From Candidatus Moranbacteria bacterium CG23_combo_of_CG06-09_8_20_14_all_35_22 (GTDB lineage: Bacteria > Patescibacteriota > Minisyncoccia > Moranbacterales > UBA2206), in the NCBI GenBank assembly GCA_002772115.1, contig PCRW01000076.1:1802-34532 (forward strand): a stretch of DNA of 32,731 bases, given 5' to 3'. How positions within the stretch are numbered: position 1 is the stretch's first letter; each line of letters opens with the position of its first letter. The notes under the pieces were generated by a model, which worked only from the letters and a program-made list of their open reading frames with translations, did no database searches and had not been told where the DNA came from. Both the position numbers and the translations under genes were made by a program. Shown here piece by piece: positions 1-8,245 of this stretch.

Positions 1-12
1 TGAGTTCCTTAC

Positions 13-97
13 TGGTGCCGATGGTGGGACTTGAACCCACAAACCTTGCGGCACACGAACCTGAATCGTGCGTGTTTGCCAATTTCACCACATCGGC
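13..97 (-). tRNA. tRNA-Leu(CAG)
   Basis: Reverse complement folds as a cloverleaf: GCCGATG/CATCGGC acceptor stem, CACGA-TTCAGGT-TCGTG anticodon arm, long variable arm, GTTCAA T-loop, encoded CCA. Confidence 0.96.
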
Positions 98-129
98 TTT
101 CGTATTTCGTTAATTTCGTAGTTCGTAAA
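98..129. repeat. Solo arm of the TTCGTA repeat family
   Basis: Ends in TTTCGTAGTTCGTAAA, identical to the terminal repeat at 17872-17887. Confidence 0.85.
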
Positions 130-468
130 TTATCCTAAAATCGCTTTGAGTCTCCTCACTTCTTCCGCCAACACTCCTTCATTTTCATACTCTCCATGAT
201 GGCGCGTGCCTTCTCCATAAGTTTCCTTTTTGGCATCTAAATGAATATTGATTGTCATATTCGCTCCATTTACCTTAACATACATATGAAATCGCGGATA
301 GCCCGAAGCTGAAAATGGACGCACAAAACTCATTTCCCCGCCTCGCGTCGACGAGCGATCGTCTCCGCGAGTCGAGGCGGGGTCGCTTTCTTGTCTTTGA
401 AAAAGATATCCCGCTCGACGAAGCAGATTAGCTGGGCTACTGGAAATGTTTTTAATTTCTAACTGCAT
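130..468 (-). CDS. Hypothetical protein with an in-frame 15-aa palindrome insertion
   Basis: 112-aa ORF; PASTRGDDRSSTRGG is encoded by the repeat at 337-381. Confidence 0.75.
   Translation of the reverse strand: MQLEIKNISSSPANLLRRAGYLFQRQESDPASTRGDDRSSTRGGEMSFVRPFSASGYPRFHMYVKVNGANMTINIHLDAKKETYGEGTRHHGEYENEGVLAEEVRRLKAILG
337..381. repeat. 45-bp GC-rich palindromic element (family A), copy 1
   Basis: CCCGCCTCG...CGAGGCGGG; near-identical copies at 30761-30805 and, inverted, at 21603-21647. Confidence 0.93.
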
Positions 469-615
469 AATTTTAATCTAAAATTGCAAATAAATAAAAA
501 TTTGTTAAAATTCCTGTTTGAGAATCTTAATTTTTTCTAAAATTTTATGTACCAGCCGTCGACTTAATAAAATTTTAGCTAAAAAATTAGGATTCGAATT
601 AATTTTAAAAAATTT

Positions 616-1467
616 TTATTTATTTGCGAGCTTTGTAGCTCTTAAAGTATTACACAATAGCATCGCGACCGTCATCAGTCCTACTCCACCGGGCACGGGC
701 GTAATCGCGCTAGCAATTTTGGAAACTTGCAAAAAATCCACATCGCCCACCAATTTTCCTTCCTTGTTTCGATTCATTCCGACATCCACAACGACTGCTC
801 CTTGTTTTATCATATCCGCCGTAATTAGTCCAGCATGCCCCACCGCCGAAATCAAAATATCTGCCCCCAAACATTTTTCTTTCAAATTTTTTGTTTTGGA
901 ATTGCAAACCGTTACCGTCGCTCCCGCGTTTATCATCATTAGCGCTAATGGCTTTCCCACAATATTGCTTCGCCCCACAATCACACTGTCTTTGCCAATT
1001 ATCTCAATTTCGGATCTTTTCAAAATTTCTAGAATTCCTGCCGGCGTGCAAGGAAAAAATTTTTCTTGGCCTAAACCTAAAAATATTTTCCCGATATTTT
1101 CCGGATGAAAACAATCCACATCTTTTTTGGGATCAATGGCCAAAATTATTTTTTCTTTATCAATTTGTTTTGGCAACGGCAGTTGGACCAAAATTCCACT
1201 CACTGTTTCATCCTTATTCAACTTTCCAATTAGTTTTAACAATTTTTCTTCTTCTGTTTTTTCTTCCAATTCATACACTTCCGAATTAATTCCAATTTCT
1301 TCACAAGCCCTTTTTTTATTTTCCACATAAATTTTAGAAGCCTCGTCATCCCCCACCATCACCACCGCCAGCCCAGGAACAATTCCATTTTTTTTCAATT
1401 CCAAAACTTCAACTTTCAATTCTTTTTTAATTTCTTCTGCTAATTTTTTGCCATCTAATATTTTCAT
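616..1467 (-). CDS. folD: Bifunctional methylene-THF dehydrogenase/cyclohydrolase
   Basis: Motifs GILVQLPLP, KDVDCFHP, PCTPAG, VGRSNIVGKP, ITPVPGGVG. Confidence 0.97.
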   Translation of the reverse strand: MKILDGKKLAEEIKKELKVEVLELKKNGIVPGLAVVMVGDDEASKIYVENKKRACEEIGINSEVYELEEKTEEEKLLKLIGKLNKDETVSGILVQLPLPKQIDKEKIILAIDPKKDVDCFHPENIGKIFLGLGQEKFFPCTPAGILEILKRSEIEIIGKDSVIVGRSNIVGKPLALMMINAGATVTVCNSKTKNLKEKCLGADILISAVGHAGLITADMIKQGAVVVDVGMNRNKEGKLVGDVDFLQVSKIASAITPVPGGVGLMTVAMLLCNTLRATKLANK

Positions 1468-2126
1468 ACGATTTGATCTTTAATTTTTTTTAATATCTCC
1501 ACCACTTTATCATTTTTTTGAAGTTCGTCAACTGATTTCATTATACTTTCCGTATTTTCAGGATCTTCCAGCGTTTTAACTGCAAATATTCGAATAGTTT
1601 TATTCTCAGGTTTCCTCTCCACATATTTAGCCAAAATAGCATACCACAAGCCAAATGTTTCTGGACTTATATTTAAATTATTTTTTATATATGGCGGATT
1701 GTTAAAATAATTTACAATTTTTTCCCAATTATTATATTCGTCATAAATTAATTCTTCTTCCAAAAACTTGGCTGCTTGAATATAAAATTTAGTGTCATTC
1801 TTGAAGGAATAGAAATTATATTTATTTAAAATTTCTTCGCGTTTCATATCACAATACAAATGAAATTTCCAGCCAGCTTCAAATGATGTAAGCCCCGAAA
1901 AATTCAAATTCAAAACAGGAAAATAAAGGTGAGTATCTTTTCTTTTTATACTTTTATCAATCCTGCGAATATCTGGAAAAACACAGCCCAAAATAAATTC
2001 GTCGCGACTAATTTTACTCGTCGGCACCAAAAGCGTTTTTTCATCTTCCAAATCATTAAGACCCTCCGAATCCAATCGGTCAAAATATTTCTTAGCATAA
2101 ACAATGTGCGCAATTTGTGAAGCCAT
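1464..2126 (-). CDS. Hypothetical protein, possibly zinc-dependent phospholipase C-like fold
   Basis: 220 aa, 4-bp overlap with the folD start; N-terminal His, GCVFPD, TH and HLYCD pattern. Confidence 0.6.
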   Translation of the reverse strand: MASQIAHIVYAKKYFDRLDSEGLNDLEDEKTLLVPTSKISRDEFILGCVFPDIRRIDKSIKRKDTHLYFPVLNLNFSGLTSFEAGWKFHLYCDMKREEILNKYNFYSFKNDTKFYIQAAKFLEEELIYDEYNNWEKIVNYFNNPPYIKNNLNISPETFGLWYAILAKYVERKPENKTIRIFAVKTLEDPENTESIMKSVDELQKNDKVVEILKKIKDQIV

Positions 2127-2167
2127 GCTATAATAATACCATAAAAATTAATAATAGCTATAACTAT

Positions 2168-2395
2168 ATGCCAAATGAATTAGAACAACCAAATTTAACT
2201 ATAATTCGCCGACGAAAAAAAGAAAATGGTGATACTAAGGATACCCGATTAGAAAATGGCCAAATAATAAAAACAGATCTAATTGGAGGAATAACACCGG
2301 AAGAAGTCAATGAAAAAGAAGTTCGGACTAAAAATGAAGCGATGGAAAGAAAATTAAAAGAAGAAATCACCGACTTTTTAGCTACAAGAAAATAA
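2168..2395 (+). CDS. Small hypothetical protein
   Basis: ATG at 2168 follows an extended -10 (TGCTATAAT, ~2126-2134); a terminator follows the stop. Confidence 0.6.
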   Translation: MPNELEQPNLTIIRRRKKENGDTKDTRLENGQIIKTDLIGGITPEEVNEKEVRTKNEAMERKLKEEITDFLATRK

Positions 2396-2405
2396 CTACT
2401 AAACT

Positions 2406-2440
2406 AAAGCGGGATCAAAAAAAACAATCCCGCTTTTTTT
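2406..2440 (+). terminator. Intrinsic terminator
   Basis: AAAGCGGGAT...ATCCCGCTTT stem followed by a T run. Confidence 0.8.
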
Positions 2441-2455
2441 ATTTTTTTTATTTAT

Positions 2456-2576
2456 CACTTTTATTTTATATCTTAATTTACAACATCAACCTAGCCAGCC
2501 TCTGTCTCACTTTTGTGCATATGCACAAATTTGAGAATAATCACAAACTATGCATATGCATAAAGTTGATTATTCT
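2456..2576. repeat. Inter-module direct repeat R1 (TGCATATGCA palindromes)
   Basis: 2516-2576 is identical to 3707-3767; 2456-2491 closely matches 4839-4874. Confidence 0.92.
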
Positions 2577-2603
2577 GTCCCAAAGCTCAACTTTTAATTT
2601 CCT

Positions 2604-3593
2604 TTAAACTTCACTAATCACATCAAAACCTTTGAAACTTCCCACTACTGAATAACCGATAATTTTGATTTTTTTGTCAGTTATAGTTCTGATTTTTTTG
2701 GCTGTTTCATTTAGTGTCGCTCCAGAACCCGTAGCATCGTCGATAATCAAGATATTTGAATTGATAGTTTGATTTGGATTTATCGCTATCGTAGTTTGAG
2801 CATTAATTATCCGGTCTTCCAATTTTCGTAATGTTTTTTGTGGAATTTTAGTAGGACTATCAATTTTAACTGCATTTATTTTAGCCAGATTCAAATTCAA
2901 GTATTTCTCAAAAACATCTAAGAATTGAACTTTACGATCGATGGTTGGTGGGATAAAGCAAATTAATCCAATATTATATTTTTCAATTATATCCTTTATT
3001 CCGCTTTTAGTTAGTTTTGCAATTTCCAAAATCAAATCCTTGTTTTGAGAAGATTTTCCCAAATAGACCAATTGTCCCAATTTTGTCTTGCCAAAATGAC
3101 CAATAGTATAAAAATCACTAAAAAAAATATCATCCAGATAGACTTTCTCTTTTCCAGAAAGAATTATTTTTTTAGCAGAAATTAGTCCACTTTTTTTATT
3201 TTTAAATTTTTGGCTAATTTTAAGTTTTTGAATAAATTCTTCTTTTTCTTTTTCAAGATTAAATTGGTTTTTTCGGCACCAAATCTGAAATCCGGAAATT
3301 CCTCGAGATATCTCTCCACTAGGCGAAACATAGATATAATTTTGCTCAATAAGTTGATCGTCTTTGTCTAATGAATCAAAGTTTATATTTTCCAATTCAT
3401 TATCAACCACATAAAAAACACGCGGTACTGAGCCAGTTTTTTTGACTAATCGTTCATCCAGTAATTTCGCCAAATGTTTATGTGAGTTTTTTGAGGATAG
3501 GCCAAGCATTTTGATCAGTTCGGTTGACCTAATTGGACCATACTGCCTTATAATCCCCAATACTTTTTTTGCCTCCTTTGAAATATTTATCAT
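2604..3593 (-). CDS. Winged-HTH plus phosphoribosyltransferase (ComF-like) protein
   Basis: N-terminal HTH-like segment; C-terminal PRPP-binding loop ILIIDDATGSGATL. Confidence 0.8.
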   Translation of the reverse strand: MINISKEAKKVLGIIRQYGPIRSTELIKMLGLSSKNSHKHLAKLLDERLVKKTGSVPRVFYVVDNELENINFDSLDKDDQLIEQNYIYVSPSGEISRGISGFQIWCRKNQFNLEKEKEEFIQKLKISQKFKNKKSGLISAKKIILSGKEKVYLDDIFFSDFYTIGHFGKTKLGQLVYLGKSSQNKDLILEIAKLTKSGIKDIIEKYNIGLICFIPPTIDRKVQFLDVFEKYLNLNLAKINAVKIDSPTKIPQKTLRKLEDRIINAQTTIAINPNQTINSNILIIDDATGSGATLNETAKKIRTITDKKIKIIGYSVVGSFKGFDVISEV

Positions 3594-3599
3594 AATATG

Positions 3600-3628
3600 A
3601 TTATAGCAGGTGAGTATTCACCTGTCAA
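3600..3628 (-). promoter_or_regulatory. Sigma70 promoter with a palindromic operator, probably leaderless
   Basis: TTGACA-17-TATAAT with extended TG; the spacer holds CAGGTGAGTATTCACCTG; ATG lies 6 nt after the -10. Confidence 0.8.
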
Positions 3629-3657
3629 TACTCACCCCCTAATAACGCCCTGTAATC

Positions 3658-3767
3658 TCTGCCTCTTTTTATTTTCCTATTCTATATCCACTACTCTCAC
3701 TTTCTATGCATATGCACAAATTTGAGAATAATCACAAACTATGCATATGCATAAAGTTGATTATTCT
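3658..3767. repeat. Inter-module direct repeat R2
   Basis: Shares a 61-bp identical block with R1 and TCTGCCTCTTTTTATTTT with R3. Confidence 0.92.
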
Positions 3768-3778
3768 TTTTGCGTAAT

Positions 3779-4213
3779 TTATTTTTTCTTCAAAATTTTC
3801 TTTGCTTCTTTCAAGAAATCCACTGCACTTTCCAACATACTTTCAGTTCCGGTTTTGTCAAAATCGCCATAATAATCAGCATTTTCACGAAGAGATTTTC
3901 CCAGTTGGAGTGCTTCCAAAAATTTATAACTCAAAATATTTTCTGCAATGTATAAAGATTTCAAAGCTTCCATTAAACAAAAGTGACTTTTCTCACGATA
4001 GCCTTTTTTATAAATCAAAGCCCTAGCTGTATGAAACATTGAATAATAAGTTTGAATTGTGCTCCATTTATAATTCTTTTGTACAAAACTATCTTGGGCT
4101 ATTTTCAAATCTTCCTTGGCTAAATCCAATTCTTTCAAAACTAACTGCTTGGCTTTGAAAAATGTTTTTATCTTTCCTCTCTCTAAACATTTTTCAAATT
4201 CCCTAGTCTTCAT
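3779..4213 (-). CDS. HEPN domain protein (toxin of an MNT-HEPN pair)
   Basis: YYSMFH..RA, GYREKSH and RENADY motifs; the likely start MKTREF overlaps the MNT stop. Confidence 0.88.
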   Translation of the reverse strand: MKTREFEKCLERGKIKTFFKAKQLVLKELDLAKEDLKIAQDSFVQKNYKWSTIQTYYSMFHTARALIYKKGYREKSHFCLMEALKSLYIAENILSYKFLEALQLGKSLRENADYYGDFDKTGTESMLESAVDFLKEAKKILKKK

Positions 4214-4739
4214 TTTTTTCCCAAAGCACTCTGCCTTTTTCAATCTCTTGAAAAAGCAAAGGCTTATTTTTATTAATTTTTATCATTTCATTGGGAGTTT
4301 TCACGATTAACTGAATCTTTTCTGAAAATTCTGAATTATTTATTATTTTTCTCACAACATTTAAGCTATTTGTTAGGACAAATATATCAATATCGCTGTC
4401 TTTTTTGTTCATTCCATCAGCAAACGATCCGAATAAAACAATTCTTATACTTTCCAATCTTAATTTTTCCACCAAAGGCTCAAGCGCTAAAATATTCAAA
4501 AGAATTTTCATTTCCCGAATTAAATTGTTTTTAACATCAGCACTGTAAAGAGAGCTTCTGCCAATTTTTCTACAACTTATCAATTTATGTTTAACTAAAA
4601 GATGCAACGCTAAATTAACCGCCGATTTCTTGACACCTGTTTTTTTTGAAATTTCTTTTTCTTGAAATTCTTCTCCGACATTTTCGCATATAAAAGCTAA
4701 TATCTTTTGTTGAGAAGTTGTGAAAAATATCTCTTTCAT
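4203..4739 (-). CDS. HTH plus minimal nucleotidyltransferase (MNT antitoxin)
   Basis: LFGSFADG....SDIDIFV motif, N-terminal HTH, directly upstream of the HEPN gene. Confidence 0.9.
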   Translation of the reverse strand: MKEIFFTTSQQKILAFICENVGEEFQEKEISKKTGVKKSAVNLALHLLVKHKLISCRKIGRSSLYSADVKNNLIREMKILLNILALEPLVEKLRLESIRIVLFGSFADGMNKKDSDIDIFVLTNSLNVVRKIINNSEFSEKIQLIVKTPNEMIKINKNKPLLFQEIEKGRVLWEKNED

Positions 4740-4777
4740 GGTTTTATATTATATTCCATTATTTTGGATATATTTCC

Positions 4778-4806
4778 ATTATAATGGAATACAATAATTT
4801 TGTCAA
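4778..4806 (-). promoter_or_regulatory. Sigma70 promoter of MNT-HEPN with operator
   Basis: TTGACA-17-TATAAT; the -10 is centred in the palindrome TTCCATTATAATGGAA, with a degenerate second copy at ~4753-4769. Confidence 0.8.
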
Positions 4807-4819
4807 TATTCACGCGCGA

Positions 4820-4913
4820 TCTGCCTCTTTTTATTTTGCACTTTTATTTTATATTTTAATTTCCAACAACAACCACTTTCTCACTTTTATGCATATGCAC
4901 AAAAGTGATTATT
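4820..4913. repeat. Inter-module direct repeat R3 (shortened)
   Basis: Contains segments shared with both R1 and R2, and one TGCATATGCA palindrome. Confidence 0.85.
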
Positions 4914-5074
4914 TCGTTTTGTTGGAGATACTTTCATTATTTCGAAAAGAATATTGTGCACTCTTACTCTCTCATCAAAGTTGAGCTTTTTGAAAAGTTT
5001 AGGCTCCACCCTAAAGCTCAACTTTTAACATCCCACATTTTGTTTCATGCTTTATGTTTCATGTTTCATGCTTT

Positions 5075-6649
5075 TTATTCCACCCAATACTTCTTCTTCA
5101 TCAATTCTTCCTCCTCTTTCTTTTCTTCTTCGATTTTTTTCTTAGCCATCACGCGAAGATCGTTAAGATCTTTTTTATTTAAAGCTTTCGCCAAATTTAA
5201 TAAATCTTTTTTATTATTCAGTTTTTGATCATCAATCACCTCGGCTAGCATCACATCCAAGATTGCCCCAATTTTTGGTCCGGGTTGAAGTTTTAATTCT
5301 TTTATCAAATCATTGCCATTAATTTTGAGTTGCTTGACCGAAATTGCATCGTGCGAAACTTTTTCCACCATAAATTTGAAATGACGCAGTTTATATGGCA
5401 CGGCTTTTGCCACGCCTGACCCAAGTCGATCAGCAATTCGTACATCGATTAAATCATTGATATTTTCCACGCCAACTTTTTGCACCACTCGACGCACTCC
5501 CGATTCACCCACTTCATCCACATTGTAGTAGAACATATGATTTTTCACAAGCATCACAGTTTTCTCAATAACCTTCCTTGGATATTTCATCCGTTCTAAA
5601 ATTTTCTCCGCCATTTTTGCACCGACATATTCATGCGAATAGAAAGTTGCCATTTCCCCAGTTCCTCTTTTTGATTTCGGTTTTCCAATATCATGCAAAA
5701 ATGAGGCCAACCGCACTTCTAACTTGGATGACGGACATTTTTCTAAGCTAGCCAGAAGATGCGCATAAACCGTGTTGTATGGTCCAAAATAATGATGGCG
5801 ATTTTGCTTTATCCCAATTGCTTCAATTATCTCAGGAATAAATTCATCCATCAATTTACTTTCCACTAAAAGTTCCACCCCCCCACTTGGATCACTTGAA
5901 AGAATTATCTTATTGAATTCATCTCGAATTCTTTCTTGTGAAATAAATCGTAAATTTTTCGCATTCTTCTTGATCGCCAAAAAAGTTTTTTCTTCGATAG
6001 TCCAACTATTTTGAATTTGAGATTTTGAATTTGAAATTTGTTTGTTATTTGTTATTTGAGATTTGTTATTTCCGCTAAGCTGAACAGCGAAGCGGACTGC
6101 TCGCATCATCCGCAGTGCATCCTCATCAAATCTTTCATTTGCATCCCCTACTGCCCGAATTATTTTATTCTTAAGATCTTCTTGCCCCCCAAACAAATCA
6201 ATAATTTCATATTTGTCTTTTGTTTCATGTTTCATGTTGCATGCTACATGAATTGCCATCGCATTCACCGTAAAATCTCTTCTTGAAAGATCTTCTCCTA
6301 AAGTTTTAGCAAATTTCACCTCATCCGGATGACGCTTATCAGAATATTTTGATTCGATACGATATGTGGTAATTTCCACATTCGGCCCATCCCAATCTTT
6401 TTCTTCTACGCCCTCAATATATTTCAAAGGCAACATCACTGTCCCAAAATCATTCTCATATTTTCCGTCTGGAAAGATTTTCAAAATTTCCTCCGGCTTT
6501 CCATTTGTTGCAATGTCCCAATCCTTCGGTTCCTTTTCTAACATCAAATCCCGCACACATCCACCAACTATATACGCCTCAAAACCAGCCCATTCGAGCT
6601 TTCTAATAACTTCTATTATATATTGAGGGAATTCTATTTTTTTAGTCAT
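5075..6649 (-). CDS. cca: CCA tRNA nucleotidyltransferase with HD domain
   Basis: AYIVGGCVRD, KDWDIAT, DLSRRDFTVNAMA, RFDEDALRMMRAVRF and LHDIGKP; two low-complexity in-frame inserts. Confidence 0.9.
   Translation of the reverse strand: MTKKIEFPQYIIEVIRKLEWAGFEAYIVGGCVRDLMLEKEPKDWDIATNGKPEEILKIFPDGKYENDFGTVMLPLKYIEGVEEKDWDGPNVEITTYRIESKYSDKRHPDEVKFAKTLGEDLSRRDFTVNAMAIHVACNMKHETKDKYEIIDLFGGQEDLKNKIIRAVGDANERFDEDALRMMRAVRFAVQLSGNNKSQITNNKQISNSKSQIQNSWTIEEKTFLAIKKNAKNLRFISQERIRDEFNKIILSSDPSGGVELLVESKLMDEFIPEIIEAIGIKQNRHHYFGPYNTVYAHLLASLEKCPSSKLEVRLASFLHDIGKPKSKRGTGEMATFYSHEYVGAKMAEKILERMKYPRKVIEKTVMLVKNHMFYYNVDEVGESGVRRVVQKVGVENINDLIDVRIADRLGSGVAKAVPYKLRHFKFMVEKVSHDAISVKQLKINGNDLIKELKLQPGPKIGAILDVMLAEVIDDQKLNNKKDLLNLAKALNKKDLNDLRVMAKKKIEEEKKEEEELMKKKYWVE
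6009..6071. repeat. Degenerate heptamer repeat tract within cca
   Basis: TTTGAAT/TTTGTTA units encoding NNKSQITNNKQISNSKSQIQN. Confidence 0.8.
6221..6250. repeat. TGTTTCA heptamer tract within cca; a second tract lies at 5041-5071
   Basis: Encodes HVACNMKHET; the same unit recurs just downstream of the cca stop. Confidence 0.8.
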
Positions 6650-7016
6650 AAATTTCTACTTTCATAATATCTTCTATATCATATTTTCGCAAATATTTCA
6701 GGAATATAAAAAGAGCCAAAATACCAAAAATAGCATCGATAATATTTTTGAAAAATAGGTATAACATTTTACAAAAATAAACAACAAAAAGGAAACTCCC
6801 AAAAAGAAATAGCATAGAGAGAACAAACCCGCAAGCAGATAAACAACCCATTACTAAAATAGCAACAAAGGATGAGGCAGTCGTCAAATGATAAAGATAG
6901 GACGATAACTCCCATAACACAAACAAAATTAAACTTAAAAAACATAATGAACTTCCAGTTAATAGACAATCGCCAACTACTTCTTTCTTCAATTCACTGT
7001 CCAATATTTTTTTCAT
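6642..7016 (-). CDS. Hypothetical membrane protein
   Basis: Hydrophobic segments; ATG at 7016 follows a purine-rich SD; overlaps the cca start. Confidence 0.6.
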   Translation of the reverse strand: MKKILDSELKKEVVGDCLLTGSSLCFLSLILFVLWELSSYLYHLTTASSFVAILVMGCLSACGFVLSMLFLFGSFLFVVYFCKMLYLFFKNIIDAIFGILALFIFLKYLRKYDIEDIMKVEIYD

Positions 7017-7095
7017 TTTCCCTCTCCTTTTTAAATTTTCAAAGATCTCTGCTAAGCCTCCAATTGACCTATTCAATTTTTCAGCTTAACAAAAG

Positions 7096-7124
7096 AGTAT
7101 AGCATACTATTTTTATTTTGTCAA
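7096..7124 (-). promoter_or_regulatory. Sigma70 promoter
   Basis: TTGACA-17-TATACT with extended TG. Confidence 0.75.
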
Positions 7125-7241
7125 CCCTTTTTGATGATAATTTTGCATAATTTTGATATTTTGCTTTATATTAGCCTTAATTTTAAATAATCAAACAAAG
7201 GTTTATTTGCTATTTTTCTTCCCCTGTGCTATAATTAAGCT

Positions 7242-7985
7242 ATGATAAAAAACATTTTCAAAAAACAGCTGATTGGTCTTGGTTTTAGTGATCACGAGGC
7301 GGATATCTATCTAGTTCTACTAGAAAATGGACATTCCTCGACTGGACCAATTATCAAAAAAACTAATTTGCATCGAAATATCGTCTATGAGACGCTAAAT
7401 AAGTTAGTTAACAAGAAATTCGTTTCTGAATCTAATCAACGAGGCATAAAACACTACAAAGCACTAAATCCAGAAAAAATATTGCATCATAAAGAAGAAC
7501 AATTCAATCTTGCTCAAAATTTAATCCCCCAACTTAAGGATTTACAAACAAAAGAAAAAGTTGAAGTAGTTTTATATGAAGGTTTAAGCGGTTTTCAGAC
7601 AGCTCTTAAAAACGCAATTGATAGAATTACTCCCAATCAAAATATATTGGTTTTAGCAACTGGAGGAGAATTTTTTTACAAAAATATTGGCAATGCTCTT
7701 AAATATTACGACAAAAAAAGAAAAGAGAAAAAAATCAATATCAAAATGATTTATCAATCTTCCAAAAACGAAAGCCTGGCAAAAACTACACGCCTTAGAC
7801 CACTTATGGAAGTTAAATATATTGAATCTCCTTTTTTGCCAATTTCTGAAATTGAAATTATGGAAAATACAATTTTAATGCAAATTTATTCTGATCCTCC
7901 TGTGGTAATTGAAATATCCAGCAAAGAAGTCGCCGATAGTTACAGAAATCATTTTACTGATCTTTGGGAGAAAGCTGAAAAATAA
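7242..7985 (+). CDS. TrmB-family HTH transcriptional regulator
   Basis: GFSDHEADIYLVLL and VYETLNKLVNKKFV; C-terminal FTDLWEKA; TGCTATAAT ends 6 nt before the ATG. Confidence 0.85.
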   Translation: MIKNIFKKQLIGLGFSDHEADIYLVLLENGHSSTGPIIKKTNLHRNIVYETLNKLVNKKFVSESNQRGIKHYKALNPEKILHHKEEQFNLAQNLIPQLKDLQTKEKVEVVLYEGLSGFQTALKNAIDRITPNQNILVLATGGEFFYKNIGNALKYYDKKRKEKKINIKMIYQSSKNESLAKTTRLRPLMEVKYIESPFLPISEIEIMENTILMQIYSDPPVVIEISSKEVADSYRNHFTDLWEKAEK

Positions 7986-8001
7986 TTCCTTTTAAAATCA
8001 C

Positions 8002-8031
8002 AAAAAAAATCACTACGCAGTGATTTTTTTT
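8002..8031. terminator. Bidirectional intrinsic terminator
   Basis: AAAAAAAATCACT-ACGC-AGTGATTTTTTTT between convergent units. Confidence 0.7.
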
Positions 8032-8041
8032 ATTTGTTTTG

Positions 8042-8240
8042 TGTCCCCACCAAGAATCGAACTTGAATCTAGAGCTTCCGCCAAAGGCGGACAAGTAGGA
8101 GTCTCTGTTCCCCGCCTGCCATCGCCTGTGCCCTCGTCAAGAATCGAACTTGAATCTAGAGCTTAGGAGTCTCTTGTTCTATCCGTTGAACTACGAGGGC
8201 TCAGGCAAAGGCGGGCAGGTATCCATTGAACTATGAGGAC
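8042..8240 (-). pseudogene. Outer interrupted tRNA-Arg(CCU) copy
   Basis: GTCCTCA/TGGGGAC acceptor stem and an intact T arm; broken by a 109-nt insert in the D-loop (8111-8219) and an ~19-nt hairpin after the anticodon (~8077-8095). Confidence 0.85.
8129..8200 (-). tRNA. tRNA-Arg(CCU), intact, nested in the outer copy
   Basis: GCCCTCG/CGAGGGC acceptor, GTTC/GAAC D stem, CT-CCT-AA loop, TCAAG-TTCGATT-CTTGA T arm; 31-39 mismatch; no encoded CCA. Confidence 0.92.
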
Positions 8241-8245
8241 AATCG

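Noticed and set aside
518-1330. Antisense and overlapping ORFs on folD, and likewise on gyrA, rpsA, ftsH, the recombinase and pcrA
   Set aside because: They are shadows of well-supported genes with no recognisable motifs.
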